From NCBI GenBank assembly GCA_910577845.1, contig CAJTNA010000007.1, positions 2,968 through 66,967 on the forward strand: a stretch of 64,000 bases of DNA, given 5' to 3'. The DNA comes from an uncultured Christensenella sp. (GTDB lineage Bacteria; Bacillota; Clostridia; Christensenellales; UBA3700). The notes below the pieces were generated by a model, which saw only the letters and a list, made by a program, of their open reading frames with translations, was not told the DNA's origin and searched no databases. Positions 1 to 10,228 of the stretch are shown piece after piece. Both the position numbers and the translations under genes were made by a program. Positions within the stretch are counted from its first letter, which is position 1; each line of letters starts with the position of its first letter.

Positions 1-1
1 C

Positions 2-643
2 GAAGTTGTAAGAATATGCAATAATAAGTTTTTAACAGCTCAGTTTTTTAAAGATAATGCTTTTGCAATACCTTATACTTTAACACAAGAGGATATTGAT
101 AATAAAAATTATAATTTTCCGTTATTTATTAAACCACTAAATGGAAGCAGTAGTATAAATGCATTTAAAGTTAACAATCAAAAAGAGTTGGATTTTTTCA
201 TTGACTACATTGACCAACCAATTGTACAAGAAATGGTTAGTGGTGAGGAATATACTATAGACGCATTCATAGATTTTAAAGGTAATATTTTGAGTGTTGT
301 TCCAAGGATAAGAATCGCAACACGCGGTGGTGAGGTTTTAAAAGGTCAAATTAATTTAAATAAAACAATTATTAGTGATGTGACAAAAATGCTAAAAATT
401 TTAAAGCCCATAGGACATATTACAATTCAAGGTTTTTTAGGCAATGACAATATTTTTAGATATATTGAAATAAACCCACGCTTTGGTGGTGGAGCTCCAA
501 TGAGCATTTCAGCTGGTGCTAATACTCCAAAATATTTATATCAACTTTTGACAAATCAAAAAGTTGAGGTTGGCAAAATTAAAGATAAAGCTATTTTTGC
601 TAGGTTTGACAATAGTATTATGATTGAGGAAAATAATGATTAA
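2..643 (+). CDS. ATP-grasp domain ligase (5' end outside window)
   Basis: Frame 2 is open from the window edge; the ORF track only starts at an internal Met at 188. The C-terminal EINPRFGGG motif is typical of ATP-grasp/CPSase-like ligases. It sits in a polysaccharide locus. Confidence 0.6.
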   Translation, partial: EVVRICNNKFLTAQFFKDNAFAIPYTLTQEDIDNKNYNFPLFIKPLNGSSSINAFKVNNQKELDFFIDYIDQPIVQEMVSGEEYTIDAFIDFKGNILSVVPRIRIATRGGEVLKGQINLNKTIISDVTKMLKILKPIGHITIQGFLGNDNIFRYIEINPRFGGGAPMSISAGANTPKYLYQLLTNQKVEVGKIKDKAIFARFDNSIMIEENND

Positions 644-1313
644 AGCAGTTGTTTTTGATTTGGATGATACACTTTTTTTGGAAAGTGACTATGTACAAAC
701 TGGGTTTGCTTGCGTTGAGGAATACATTAGCAAAAATTATTCAGTAGATGTTAAAAAAGGTCTTTTGTATGATTTATTTTTGAAAGATAAAAGAAATGTT
801 TATGATAGAGCTTTAGATTCTTTGGGAATTAATTATACTAAAAGTGACATGGAAAAACTTGTTGATATATATCATAATCATATCCCTAGAGGCATTAAGT
901 TAACTGATGGTGCTTTGGAAGTTTTAAAACACCTAAAAACAAGTGGTTATAAATTAGGTATGATAACTGATGGGAGACCAGTTGGGCAAAATAATAAAAT
1001 TGATTGCTTAGGTATAAGAGATTTGTTTGATAAAATAATTATTACTGATGATTTAGGAATAGAGTTTAGAAAACCAAATGAAAAAGCATTTACTTTAATG
1101 GCACAAACTTTAGGTGTTAAGTATGAGGAAATGGTGTATATTGGTGATAATGCTACTAAGGACTTTGCAGTCATGAAAAAACTGCCAATAAAAACAATAC
1201 AATTTATACATCACAATAGAATTTATAGCATAGGAGAGTATCTTTTTGGAATAAAGCCAATAAAAATAATTACTTGCTATAAACAACTAATAGATACAAT
1301 AGGAGAATTATGA
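636..1313 (+). CDS. HAD-superfamily hydrolase/phosphatase
   Basis: N-terminal DxDxT motif (VVFDLDDTLF) and distal GDN..D motif. ATG at 636 is preceded by GAGGA and preferred over the TTG at 624. It overlaps the previous stop. Confidence 0.7.
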   Translation: MIKAVVFDLDDTLFLESDYVQTGFACVEEYISKNYSVDVKKGLLYDLFLKDKRNVYDRALDSLGINYTKSDMEKLVDIYHNHIPRGIKLTDGALEVLKHLKTSGYKLGMITDGRPVGQNNKIDCLGIRDLFDKIIITDDLGIEFRKPNEKAFTLMAQTLGVKYEEMVYIGDNATKDFAVMKKLPIKTIQFIHHNRIYSIGEYLFGIKPIKIITCYKQLIDTIGEL

Positions 1314-2383
1314 TAAAGGTTTTACAAGTCATTGGTTCAATGGGATATGCAGGTATTGAAAGCGTAATAATGCAATACTATCATGCAATTGATAAAACAA
1401 AAATTCAATTTGATTTTATATCAAATTTAAGCGAAGGACGTTATGATAAAGAAGCCGAATCAATGGGAGCGAAAGTTTTTCATTTGCCAACAAAATCAAA
1501 ACATCCATTCAAATATATGAAACAATTGCTTAAAATTATTAAAGAAAATAATTATGATGTTGTGCATAGCAATGCGAATAGTGCCAGTGCATTTTTAGAC
1601 TTGTTGCCAGCAAAACAAGCAAAAGTAAAAAGAAGAATCTGCCATTCTCACAATAGCAGTTGTCTTGTAAAGTGGCAACATTATTTATTAAAACCTTTGT
1701 TGCCATTGTATGTGACAGATAGAGTTGCTTGCTCAAATGATGCGGGTAAATGGTTATTTAGGAAGAAAGATAAGTTTACTATACTAAATAATGGAATAGA
1801 TGTTTATCAATATGATTACAATAAAGATATTAGAGATGAATTGAGAAATAAATATAATTGGCAAGAGCAATTTATAATCGGTCATGTAGGTTCTTTTCAA
1901 GAAAGGAAAAATCAAAAATTCTTAATTGAATTGTTGCCTGATTTATTAGCCAAAAAGCAAAATGTTAAATTAGTTTTAATTGGTGCTTATGAAAATAGTT
2001 TAGGACTAGAATTAAAAGAATTGGTCAAACAATTAAAGTTAGAAAATAATGTTGAATTTTTAGGTACACAAGATAATGTTAATGAGCTATTGCAAGCTTT
2101 TGATGTTTTTTGTTTTCCATCACTATTTGAAGGATTAAGTGTTGCATATGTAGAGGCTTCGTGCAGTGGTTTGCCAGTAATAATATCAGATATAATACCA
2201 TATGTAAATTTAACTGCTACTATATTTAGACTTTCTTTAGAAAAAGATTTATGGATAAATAAGATACTTGCATTAACAGATTTCAAAAGAGAGTCTGTGT
2301 TAGATAAAACTATCACTAGTGAATACAATATACATAATAATGTGAAATTATTAGAGAAAATCTATGAGGGTAAAACAAAATGA
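1310..2383 (+). CDS. Glycosyltransferase, GT4 (GT-B fold)
   Basis: C-terminal E..G......EA...G.PVI motif (FEGLSVAYVEASCSGLPVI). ATGA start/stop overlap with the upstream gene. Confidence 0.75.
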   Translation: MIKVLQVIGSMGYAGIESVIMQYYHAIDKTKIQFDFISNLSEGRYDKEAESMGAKVFHLPTKSKHPFKYMKQLLKIIKENNYDVVHSNANSASAFLDLLPAKQAKVKRRICHSHNSSCLVKWQHYLLKPLLPLYVTDRVACSNDAGKWLFRKKDKFTILNNGIDVYQYDYNKDIRDELRNKYNWQEQFIIGHVGSFQERKNQKFLIELLPDLLAKKQNVKLVLIGAYENSLGLELKELVKQLKLENNVEFLGTQDNVNELLQAFDVFCFPSLFEGLSVAYVEASCSGLPVIISDIIPYVNLTATIFRLSLEKDLWINKILALTDFKRESVLDKTITSEYNIHNNVKLLEKIYEGKTK

Positions 2384-3573
2384 GAATTTTATATATTAGT
2401 CAATGTGATTTAGTTTTATCTAATAAAGGAATATACTCTGATTTAATAGATAAGTTATGTGCTAGTGGTCATGATGTAATATTGTGTTGTGCAGATAGTA
2501 AGTATAAAAAAACAAGTTTAATTGATGATAATGCATTAAAAAAACTAGAAATTAAAGTTCCAAACCAATTTGGTGTTAATTTTATTAAAAAAGGCTTAAT
2601 TATTTTAAGTTTAGAAAATATAATTAAAAAAAATATCAAAAAATTTTTAAAAAAGGAAAGCTTTGATTTAGTAATTTATGCTACGCCACCTATAACTTTC
2701 GCAGGTGCAATTAAATATTGTAAAAAACAATATAATTGCAAATCATATTTAATGCTAAAGGATATTTTTCCTCAAAATGCAGTTGATTTGCATATGATTT
2801 CAAAAACTGGTATAAGTGGTATTTTGTATAAAATTTTCAGAAAAAAAGAGAGTGCATTATACAAAGTCTCTGACAAGATTGGTTGTATGAGTAATGCAAA
2901 CATTAATTATGTGTTAGAACATAATAGCTATATTGATGAAAATAAAGTTGAGTTGTTTCCTAATGCCATTAATTGTGTAGATAAAATAGAAAAAGATAAA
3001 TCAATTTTGGAAAAGATAGGACTTGACAAGGACAAGCTAACATTTATATATGGTGGAAATTTGGGCAAGCCACAAGGATTGGACTTTTTGTCAAATGCAA
3101 TAAAGGCTTGTGAAAATATAGAAAAAGTTCAGTTTGTTATGATAGGCAGTGGTAGTGAGAAAACAAAATTTTTTGAGAGTTTAGAAAGTGTAAGCAATTG
3201 TAAATGTTTAGAAAGATTACCGCACGACGATTATGAAAAATTGTGTGCATCTTGTGATGTAGGTATTATCGCTTTAGATTATAGATTTACTATACCAAAT
3301 TATCCTTCAAGAATTTTATCTTATATGAGTTGCAGTATGCCAATTTTAGCTTGTACTGATATAGTCACTGATATAAAAGAACTGGTTGAGCAAGAAGCAA
3401 ATTGCGGTAAGTGGTGTTATAGTGATGACATTGAAGGCTTTGTTCAATGCGTTAAATGGTTTGCTGAAAATCAAGAAAAATTGCAAGAGTTAGGAAATAA
3501 TGCTTTTCATTATATGATAAATAATTTTAACACAAAAATTTGTGTTGAAAAATTAGAGAATTTTATGCAATAA
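2380..3573 (+). CDS. Glycosyltransferase, GT4, WbuB-like (possible L-FucNAc transferase)
   Basis: MRILYISQ N-terminus and GT-B architecture. WbuB-like transferases typically co-occur with fnlABC, which is present downstream. The substrate assignment is inference. Confidence 0.6.
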   Translation: MRILYISQCDLVLSNKGIYSDLIDKLCASGHDVILCCADSKYKKTSLIDDNALKKLEIKVPNQFGVNFIKKGLIILSLENIIKKNIKKFLKKESFDLVIYATPPITFAGAIKYCKKQYNCKSYLMLKDIFPQNAVDLHMISKTGISGILYKIFRKKESALYKVSDKIGCMSNANINYVLEHNSYIDENKVELFPNAINCVDKIEKDKSILEKIGLDKDKLTFIYGGNLGKPQGLDFLSNAIKACENIEKVQFVMIGSGSEKTKFFESLESVSNCKCLERLPHDDYEKLCASCDVGIIALDYRFTIPNYPSRILSYMSCSMPILACTDIVTDIKELVEQEANCGKWCYSDDIEGFVQCVKWFAENQEKLQELGNNAFHYMINNFNTKICVEKLENFMQ

Positions 3574-3791
3574 TGGAATTAGTAGTAATAGAATTATCTG
3601 AGATTTTTAGAATTTAATCAATTTAGTTATAAATATTAAAATAATTTATGTTAGCTAAATTTTATTGAAAAGTTTTTAAGGTAAAAACAAATAGTTGTTG
3701 ATTCTTTATGTTCAAAAATTATTATAAAATTTAGTTTGTTTTATAGTATTGTTATAGGACAATAGCTTTTAACAATGTGGAGAAATTAAAA

Positions 3792-4610
3792 ATGAAAGAA
3801 ATATTAGTTACTGCAATAAATTATGCTTGTGAAAATGAAACTTATAATTATGCAAAACAGTTTGAAAATTTTACAAATAAAGATAAGATAGTTTTATATA
3901 TTGTAGATAATAAAACAAGTGAAGGTAGCAATTTGCAAGAAAGACTCAATGAAATTAATTGCGACATTGTTTATCTTAAACCCAATGAGAATTTAGGATA
4001 TTTGAATGGTTGTTTTTTTGGGGTAGATAAATTTTTGGAAATCAATGGTTATATTGCTAATTGGGTTGTAGTTTCAAATACAGATATAACATACGATAAC
4101 AATATGTTTTATGAAAGATTTTTAAATTGCCATTATGAAGATAGTATATGGTGTGTTGGGCCATCTGTTTATGATACCTCTGGAATATATAGTAATCCAC
4201 ATTATAAAGAAAGAATATCTTTGAAACACGTTAATAGAATTATTAAATGCTTTTCTAATAAATATCTTGCTAAAAGTTATTTGTTTCTATCTAAAATCAA
4301 ATCTAAATTAGGTTATAAAAATAGCATTAAAGAAGAAAGTCAGTATGTTTACTCTAATCACGGATGCTTTTTCATATTGAAAAAAGAATTTTTTGAACAT
4401 TTGGGAAAAGAAAAATATGGTGCGTTACTATACAGCGAAGAGAGTTTTATTGCTGAGTTTATTTTGGAAAATAATAAGAAAGCTTTTTATGATAATCGAA
4501 TAGAAGTTATTCATAATGCGAATTTAGTGACTGGAAAAGTAAATATAAAAAGAAAAGCAAAATTTATAAGCGAATCAATGTCTTATATAAAAAGGAGATT
4601 TTATGAGTAG
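3792..4610 (+). CDS. Glycosyltransferase, GT2-like (rhamnosyltransferase-like)
   Basis: GT-A-like pattern (ILVTAINY, YIVDNKTSEGS, NLGYLNG, VSNTDI). ATG at 3792 follows GGAG and is preferred over the GTG at 3777. Confidence 0.55.
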   Translation: MKEILVTAINYACENETYNYAKQFENFTNKDKIVLYIVDNKTSEGSNLQERLNEINCDIVYLKPNENLGYLNGCFFGVDKFLEINGYIANWVVVSNTDITYDNNMFYERFLNCHYEDSIWCVGPSVYDTSGIYSNPHYKERISLKHVNRIIKCFSNKYLAKSYLFLSKIKSKLGYKNSIKEESQYVYSNHGCFFILKKEFFEHLGKEKYGALLYSEESFIAEFILENNKKAFYDNRIEVIHNANLVTGKVNIKRKAKFISESMSYIKRRFYE

Positions 4611-5424
4611 TATCAAAGATGTTTGTGCTGTAGTGGTAACTTATAACCCAGATAATGACATTTTTGAAAATTTACAAGCATTGAGTGAGCAAGTAGGATT
4701 TATAGCTATTGTTGATAATAATTCTGAAAATATTGATTCATTGAAATTGTATTGTAAAAACAAAGAAAATTTATTGTTAATTGAAAATAAGGAAAATCTT
4801 GGCATAGCAAAAGCATTAAATATTGGTGCTACATATGCGATGGAAAATAATTTTATGTATTTATTAACTATGGATGATGATTCAAAATTGTTATCAAATT
4901 GTGTGGAAACAATGCTTGATATATTAGAGAATAATACTGATAATATTGTTTCCTGTGGTCCAAATTATGATAATGAAGACATTGGTAATTATAAAATTTG
5001 TGATGTCTTGATATCATCTGGAAATCTAACTAAACTTAGTGTGTATAGAGATGTTGGTGGATTCGATGATAAGCTATTTATTGATTGTGTTGATTTTGAT
5101 TTTTCTTTCAAGATAAGATTGTTGGGGTATAGTGTAGCAAAGATTGGTTCAGCTAAAATGAAACATAAATTAGGAAATTTGATTTCCATAAAAACTATTT
5201 TTGGCAGAAAGGAAGTAATTGAACATTCTGCGTTTAGATATTATTATATTTATAGAAATGGTAAATATTTAAGAAAAAAATATCGTAAAAATTTTAAATT
5301 TTTTTGTTTTAAGTCATGGATTAATAGTAATTTGCATATTTTAGCAATTTTATTATATCATAATGACAAAAAAGCAAAGTTTAAAGCAATAAGGCAGGGG
5401 AAAAAAGATAGCAAGCTTTTATGA
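4603..5424 (+). CDS. Glycosyltransferase family 2 (rhamnosyltransferase-like)
   Basis: VVVTYNP, IVDNNS, NLGIAKALN and LTMDDDS motifs typical of the GT2 WbbL/RfbQ type. Overlaps the upstream stop. Confidence 0.75.
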   Translation: MSSIKDVCAVVVTYNPDNDIFENLQALSEQVGFIAIVDNNSENIDSLKLYCKNKENLLLIENKENLGIAKALNIGATYAMENNFMYLLTMDDDSKLLSNCVETMLDILENNTDNIVSCGPNYDNEDIGNYKICDVLISSGNLTKLSVYRDVGGFDDKLFIDCVDFDFSFKIRLLGYSVAKIGSAKMKHKLGNLISIKTIFGRKEVIEHSAFRYYYIYRNGKYLRKKYRKNFKFFCFKSWINSNLHILAILLYHNDKKAKFKAIRQGKKDSKLL

Positions 5425-5442
5425 ATTTTTAGAGGATAAAAT

Positions 5443-6675
5443 ATGTTAAATATAATAGCGTTTTGTATTTTATTGTTATTAATGGGATTAACTATGCTTA
5501 TTTACTGGCATAGAATTTCAACATTTTTATACAATACTAAGAATTTGTCCTCTTCTGATGAAATTTTGTATGTAAATAAAGATAAGCCAAATAAAGAAAC
5601 TAGAAGTATTGAAGAAATAATGATTGCTATTTCAATTGTTTTTGTTTTTGCAATTTGGTGTGCGTCAAGACCAATTTGGGTTGCTGATTCTGTTCCTTAT
5701 ATTAATTATTTTGAAAGATTGGATGTTTCAACAATGGATAGCTTTTTTAACATTGATGGGCAATACAGAATTGGCTTTGAATTTTTTGTTAAAATCACAA
5801 AAGTTTTATTTGGAAATAACTTTAGAGCGTGTTTTTTTTCTATAGCTTTTTTTAATATGACAATACTGACAATTGTTATGTTCAAAATTGAAAAGGGGCG
5901 TCCATTATTAATGGTAAGTTTGTTTATTGCAACTTTTGGGATATATTATAATTACATGGTATTAAGACAAGGATTAGCTATTTCTTTTGTTATACTAGCC
6001 ATTTATTACATAATTAAAGATAAAAAAATATTAATCCTAGTAAATGTTTTAATAGCAATAGTTTGTTTTCATGAGTCTGCAATAATTTTGCTTTTGTTCA
6101 TGTTTCCAATTTCTTATTTAAAGCAAGTGCCTAAGAAAGATAATTTGCTTATTATTTTGTTGTTAGCAGTAGTTTTATATTTTACAAAAGTTGGTACTCA
6201 GTTTTTGCAAATATTAGTGCGATTGATTATAGAAACTAAATTGTTGCCAGATGCATTCAATAAATACATTCTTTATTTAGAGCCAGGAAAATACGATATA
6301 TCTATTATGCAATTGATTAATTTTACATTAACGGGTTATCTAATATATATAGCATATCCAAAAAATAATAGTAATTTGAAAGTGAATTCTAATATGCAAT
6401 TATGCGGTACAAATTTTGTGATTTCTGAAGATAGACCTTATCCAATATACTATTATAAATTGCTAACAATAAATGTGATTGGACAGTTAATCCTTGGTGC
6501 ATTTAGCAGTTTAATAGCGGTTGTAAGGTTGGTTGATTATTTTTTGCTGACTAATGTTATTTTATTAGTTTATGATAATAATTATAAAAAAACAACGGAA
6601 AAATACGTATTTGTAAATTTGTATATTATTATTATGTTAATATTTATCATGAGAATGATATATTATATGCATTGA
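5443..6675 (+). CDS. EpsG/Wzy-like polysaccharide polymerase (polytopic membrane protein)
   Basis: 410 aa and highly hydrophobic with many predicted TM segments. Its position among GT genes alongside a Wzx flippase fits a Wzy-dependent pathway. Confidence 0.6.
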   Translation: MLNIIAFCILLLLMGLTMLIYWHRISTFLYNTKNLSSSDEILYVNKDKPNKETRSIEEIMIAISIVFVFAIWCASRPIWVADSVPYINYFERLDVSTMDSFFNIDGQYRIGFEFFVKITKVLFGNNFRACFFSIAFFNMTILTIVMFKIEKGRPLLMVSLFIATFGIYYNYMVLRQGLAISFVILAIYYIIKDKKILILVNVLIAIVCFHESAIILLLFMFPISYLKQVPKKDNLLIILLLAVVLYFTKVGTQFLQILVRLIIETKLLPDAFNKYILYLEPGKYDISIMQLINFTLTGYLIYIAYPKNNSNLKVNSNMQLCGTNFVISEDRPYPIYYYKLLTINVIGQLILGAFSSLIAVVRLVDYFLLTNVILLVYDNNYKKTTEKYVFVNLYIIIMLIFIMRMIYYMH

Positions 6676-6721
6676 ATTTTTTAATAAAGTATAAAAAATA
6701 AGTTTATATAGGGATAGATTT

Positions 6722-7600
6722 ATGAAAGGAATAATTTTAGCGGGTGGAAGTGGGACAAGGCTTTACCCATTGACAAAGACAATCTCAAAACAATTGTTGC
6801 CAGTGTATGACAAACCTATGATTTTTTATCCTTTGTCAACTTTGATGCTTGCAGGGATAAATGAGATATTGATAATATCTACACCAAGAGATTTACCTAA
6901 TTTTATGGCTTTACTTGGTGATGGCAGTGAATATGGTATTAAACTTGAGTATGCAAAGCAACCTTCGCCAGATGGTTTGGCACAAGCTTTTTTAATAGGC
7001 GAAAAATTTATTAATGGTGATAGTTGTACAATGATTTTGGGTGATAACATTTATTATGGCAATGGATTGGGTGGAATGTTAAAAGATGCTATTGCAAATA
7101 ATAATGGTGCTACAATTTTTGGTTATTATGTTGATGACCCAGAGAGATTTGGTGTTGTGGAATTTAATAATAATGGAAAGGTTATATCAATTGATGAAAA
7201 ACCAAAAGTTCCAAAATCTAATTATGCTGTAACTGGTTTATATATTTATGATAACAGGGTAGTAGATATGGCAAAGAAAATCAAACCTAGTGCTAGAGGG
7301 GAATTGGAAATTACTGATTTAAACAAATTATATCTTAAAGATAATTCATTAAATGTTAAGCTTATGGGTAGAGGATTTGCTTGGTTAGATACAGGAACTA
7401 TGGAAAGCTTGTTAGATGCTGGTAATTTTGTTCAATTGCTTGAAAAAAGACAAGGCATTAAAATGAGTGTTTTGGAAGAAATTGCTTATATAAATGGTTG
7501 GATAAGCAAAGAAAAACTTTTGCAATCTGCTGAAAAATACGGTAAATCACCTTATGGCAAACATCTTTTAAAAGTGGCAAATGGTTTAATAAAATATTGA
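6722..7600 (+). CDS. rfbA: Glucose-1-phosphate thymidylyltransferase
   Basis: [19 protein letters not shown]-terminus and full-length similarity to the RmlA pattern. Confidence 0.95.
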   Translation: MKGIILAGGSGTRLYPLTKTISKQLLPVYDKPMIFYPLSTLMLAGINEILIISTPRDLPNFMALLGDGSEYGIKLEYAKQPSPDGLAQAFLIGEKFINGDSCTMILGDNIYYGNGLGGMLKDAIANNNGATIFGYYVDDPERFGVVEFNNNGKVISIDEKPKVPKSNYAVTGLYIYDNRVVDMAKKIKPSARGELEITDLNKLYLKDNSLNVKLMGRGFAWLDTGTMESLLDAGNFVQLLEKRQGIKMSVLEEIAYINGWISKEKLLQSAEKYGKSPYGKHLLKVANGLIKY

Positions 7601-7703
7601 TATAAAATTAAAAACACGTCAAAAATCAATATTAATAAATTAATCTTATGTATTGATAAATAATATAATTATTGAAATATAAGTATGTAAGAAGGGAGCG
7701 AGT

Positions 7704-9110
7704 ATGAATTTTATTGAAACAAAATTAAGAGGATGTTTTATTATTGAGCCAGTTGCGTTTGGAGATAATCGTGGTTGGTTTATGGAGACATATAGTAAAG
7801 GAGAGTTTGATAAGGCTGGGTTGATTTATGATTTTGTGCAAGATAACCAATCTTTTAGTAAACAAAAGGGCATTTTGAGAGGATTACATTTTCAAAAAAA
7901 TCCTATGGCTCAAGCAAAACTTGTTAGATGTACAAAAGGTAGTATTTTAGATGTTGCAGTAGACTTAAGAAGAGGTAGTGATACATATTTACAATATGTT
8001 GCAGTTGAGCTTTCTGAGGAAAATAAAAAACAATTAATGATTCCACGTGGTTTTGCACATGGTTTTGTAACCTTGACTGAAGATGTTATGGTTCAGTATA
8101 AAGTTGACAATTTATATAGTAAAGAAAATGATAGAGGTATTCAATACAATGACCCACAAATTAATGTTGAATGGGGTATAAATGACCCAATTTTGTCTGT
8201 GAAAGATACTACTAGCCCTAATTTGTGTGATAGTGATGAGGATTTTACTATTAAAGTTTTAGTTACTGGCGTGAAAGGTCAACTTGGATATGATGTAGTT
8301 AAAAAATTGCAAGCAGAAAACTATGAGTGTATAGGCGTAGATATCAATGATTTTGATATCACAGATGAAAAGGCAACCTATGACTATATTGTTAAATATA
8401 ATCCAGATGTTGTTGTACATTGCTCAGCTTGGACAGCAGTAGATAAAGCTGAAAGCGAAGCTGAACTTTGTCATAAAGTTAATGTGCTAGGAAGTGAAAA
8501 TATTGCAAAAACTTGTGCGAAAATCGGGGCTAAAATGGTATATATTTCTACTGACTATGTTTATGATGGTAAAGGTAACAAGCCTTTTGAGGTTGATAGT
8601 AAGATTGCACCATTGTCAGTTTATGGTAAGACAAAATATCAAGGCGAACAAGCTTGTAGAAAGCACTTAGATAAACTTTTTGTTATTAGGACAAGTTGGG
8701 TATTTGGTGTAAATGGCAATAATTTTGTTAAAACTATGCTAAGACTTGCTCAAAGTGGAAATCAAATAAAAGTTGTAAATGACCAAATTGGCTCACCTAC
8801 TTTTACTCCTGACTTAGCTGACTTTATTTTTTACATTATTAATACAAAAAAATATGGAACTTATCATTGTAGTAATGAGGGATATTGTAGTTGGTATGAC
8901 TTTGCAAAAGAAATTTTTGCACTAAGTGATTTAAAAGTTGATTTAAAAGGCATCCCAACAAAGGAATATCCAACACCAGCTGTTAGACCTCATAATAGTA
9001 GATTGAGCAAAAAGTGTCTTGTAGATTGTGGTTATGGAGTTATGCCTACTTGGCAAGATGCTTTAAGTAGATATCTAGGAGTATTAAGTAATGAAAATAC
9101 TAATTGTTAA
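7704..9110 (+). CDS. rfbCD: Fused dTDP-4-dehydrorhamnose 3,5-epimerase (N-terminal) / dTDP-4-dehydrorhamnose reductase (C-terminal)
   Basis: Residues 1 to about 180 carry RmlC cupin motifs (GDNRGWF, RGLHFQ, PRGFAHGF). From about nt 8250 a Rossmann RmlD begins (VLVTGVKGQLG, YGKTK). It is one uninterrupted 468-aa ORF. Confidence 0.85.
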   Translation: MNFIETKLRGCFIIEPVAFGDNRGWFMETYSKGEFDKAGLIYDFVQDNQSFSKQKGILRGLHFQKNPMAQAKLVRCTKGSILDVAVDLRRGSDTYLQYVAVELSEENKKQLMIPRGFAHGFVTLTEDVMVQYKVDNLYSKENDRGIQYNDPQINVEWGINDPILSVKDTTSPNLCDSDEDFTIKVLVTGVKGQLGYDVVKKLQAENYECIGVDINDFDITDEKATYDYIVKYNPDVVVHCSAWTAVDKAESEAELCHKVNVLGSENIAKTCAKIGAKMVYISTDYVYDGKGNKPFEVDSKIAPLSVYGKTKYQGEQACRKHLDKLFVIRTSWVFGVNGNNFVKTMLRLAQSGNQIKVVNDQIGSPTFTPDLADFIFYIINTKKYGTYHCSNEGYCSWYDFAKEIFALSDLKVDLKGIPTKEYPTPAVRPHNSRLSKKCLVDCGYGVMPTWQDALSRYLGVLSNENTNC

Positions 9111-10227
9111 CGATTGTATGAATGCTGGGGGAACTGAAAAGTTAATTAAAGATATTTGCAATCTGTATAATAAAAACAATATTGACTTGTATCTTGCAAC
9201 TTTTACTAAAGGTGAGTGGGATTATATTGTTGATGGTAATGTTTCTGGACACTACTATTTTGAAAAAAAAAGAAATAGCAATGGCTTAATGAACAAAGTC
9301 TGTAAATATTTTTTCAATATGCCTCAATATCAAGTTTTGAAAGAGAATTTTGATGTATGTATTGTTTTTAAACAGCTATGCTATGAAACAATGCGATATG
9401 TTAAAGCAAAAAAATATATCTTATGGGTACATGAAGACTATGCTTATAATGTATTATATGAAAGTAAAAAATGGTGGAAAAGGAAATTAGCATATAAGCA
9501 TAAAAAAAAATTTTTAAAAAATTACAATGCTATAGTTGCGTGTTCTGCTAATGCAAAAGAGTCATATGAAAAATATTACAAATTACATGACTTATTTGTA
9601 ATAAAAAATAGTATTAATGAAATTGAAATCAATGATAAATGTGAGGAAACAGTGGATTTGCCAATAAGTTTTAAAGAAAACTATATGGTCAATGTCAGTT
9701 CTTTGTCAGATACTATTGAGGGGTATGGTAAGCGAGTTGATTTATTAATACAGCTTTTTTATCAATGCCTACAGTACAATAATGATTTAAAGTTAATCAT
9801 TATTGGTTGTGGAAAATTAAAATATGATTTGGAAAATTTAATTAATGATTTAAAAATTAATGACAAATGTATATTGCTTGGCAAGATAGATAATCCATAC
9901 CCTTATATTAAGAATGCATCATTGATGTTGTCTGCATCTAATGCGGAGTCATTTGGATTGTCAGTTGCTGAATCAATGTATTTAGGTGTTCCAGTTGTTT
10001 GTTTCTATAACAGAGGAATTTCCGATTTTATAAATAATGGACAGAATAGTATAGTTGTAGATAATAATGAAGATTTCGTTAATGAAATAATAAAAGTCAA
10101 TCATGATAATGATTATAAAATAAAATTATCATTGAATGCAAAAAAAAGTATGGAATCAAATGCTGATATCTTAGGTTATGTAAAAAAAATAGAACAATTA
10201 GCTTTTAAAGTTTTAGTAGGAGAATAA
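9091..10227 (+). CDS. Glycosyltransferase, GT4
   Basis: MKILIVND N-terminus and ESFGLSVAESMYLGVPVV motif. Overlaps the rfbCD 3' end by 20 nt. Confidence 0.7.
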   Translation: MKILIVNDCMNAGGTEKLIKDICNLYNKNNIDLYLATFTKGEWDYIVDGNVSGHYYFEKKRNSNGLMNKVCKYFFNMPQYQVLKENFDVCIVFKQLCYETMRYVKAKKYILWVHEDYAYNVLYESKKWWKRKLAYKHKKKFLKNYNAIVACSANAKESYEKYYKLHDLFVIKNSINEIEINDKCEETVDLPISFKENYMVNVSSLSDTIEGYGKRVDLLIQLFYQCLQYNNDLKLIIIGCGKLKYDLENLINDLKINDKCILLGKIDNPYPYIKNASLMLSASNAESFGLSVAESMYLGVPVVCFYNRGISDFINNGQNSIVVDNNEDFVNEIIKVNHDNDYKIKLSLNAKKSMESNADILGYVKKIEQLAFKVLVGE

Positions 10228-10228
10228 A

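Noticed and set aside
5624-5845. A 73-aa + strand ORF inside the wzy-like gene, and a 90-aa minus-strand ORF at 29094-29366 inside the adhesin gene.
   Set aside because: Both are out-of-frame overlaps with much longer, better-supported genes. Both have low-complexity Leu/Phe-rich products.
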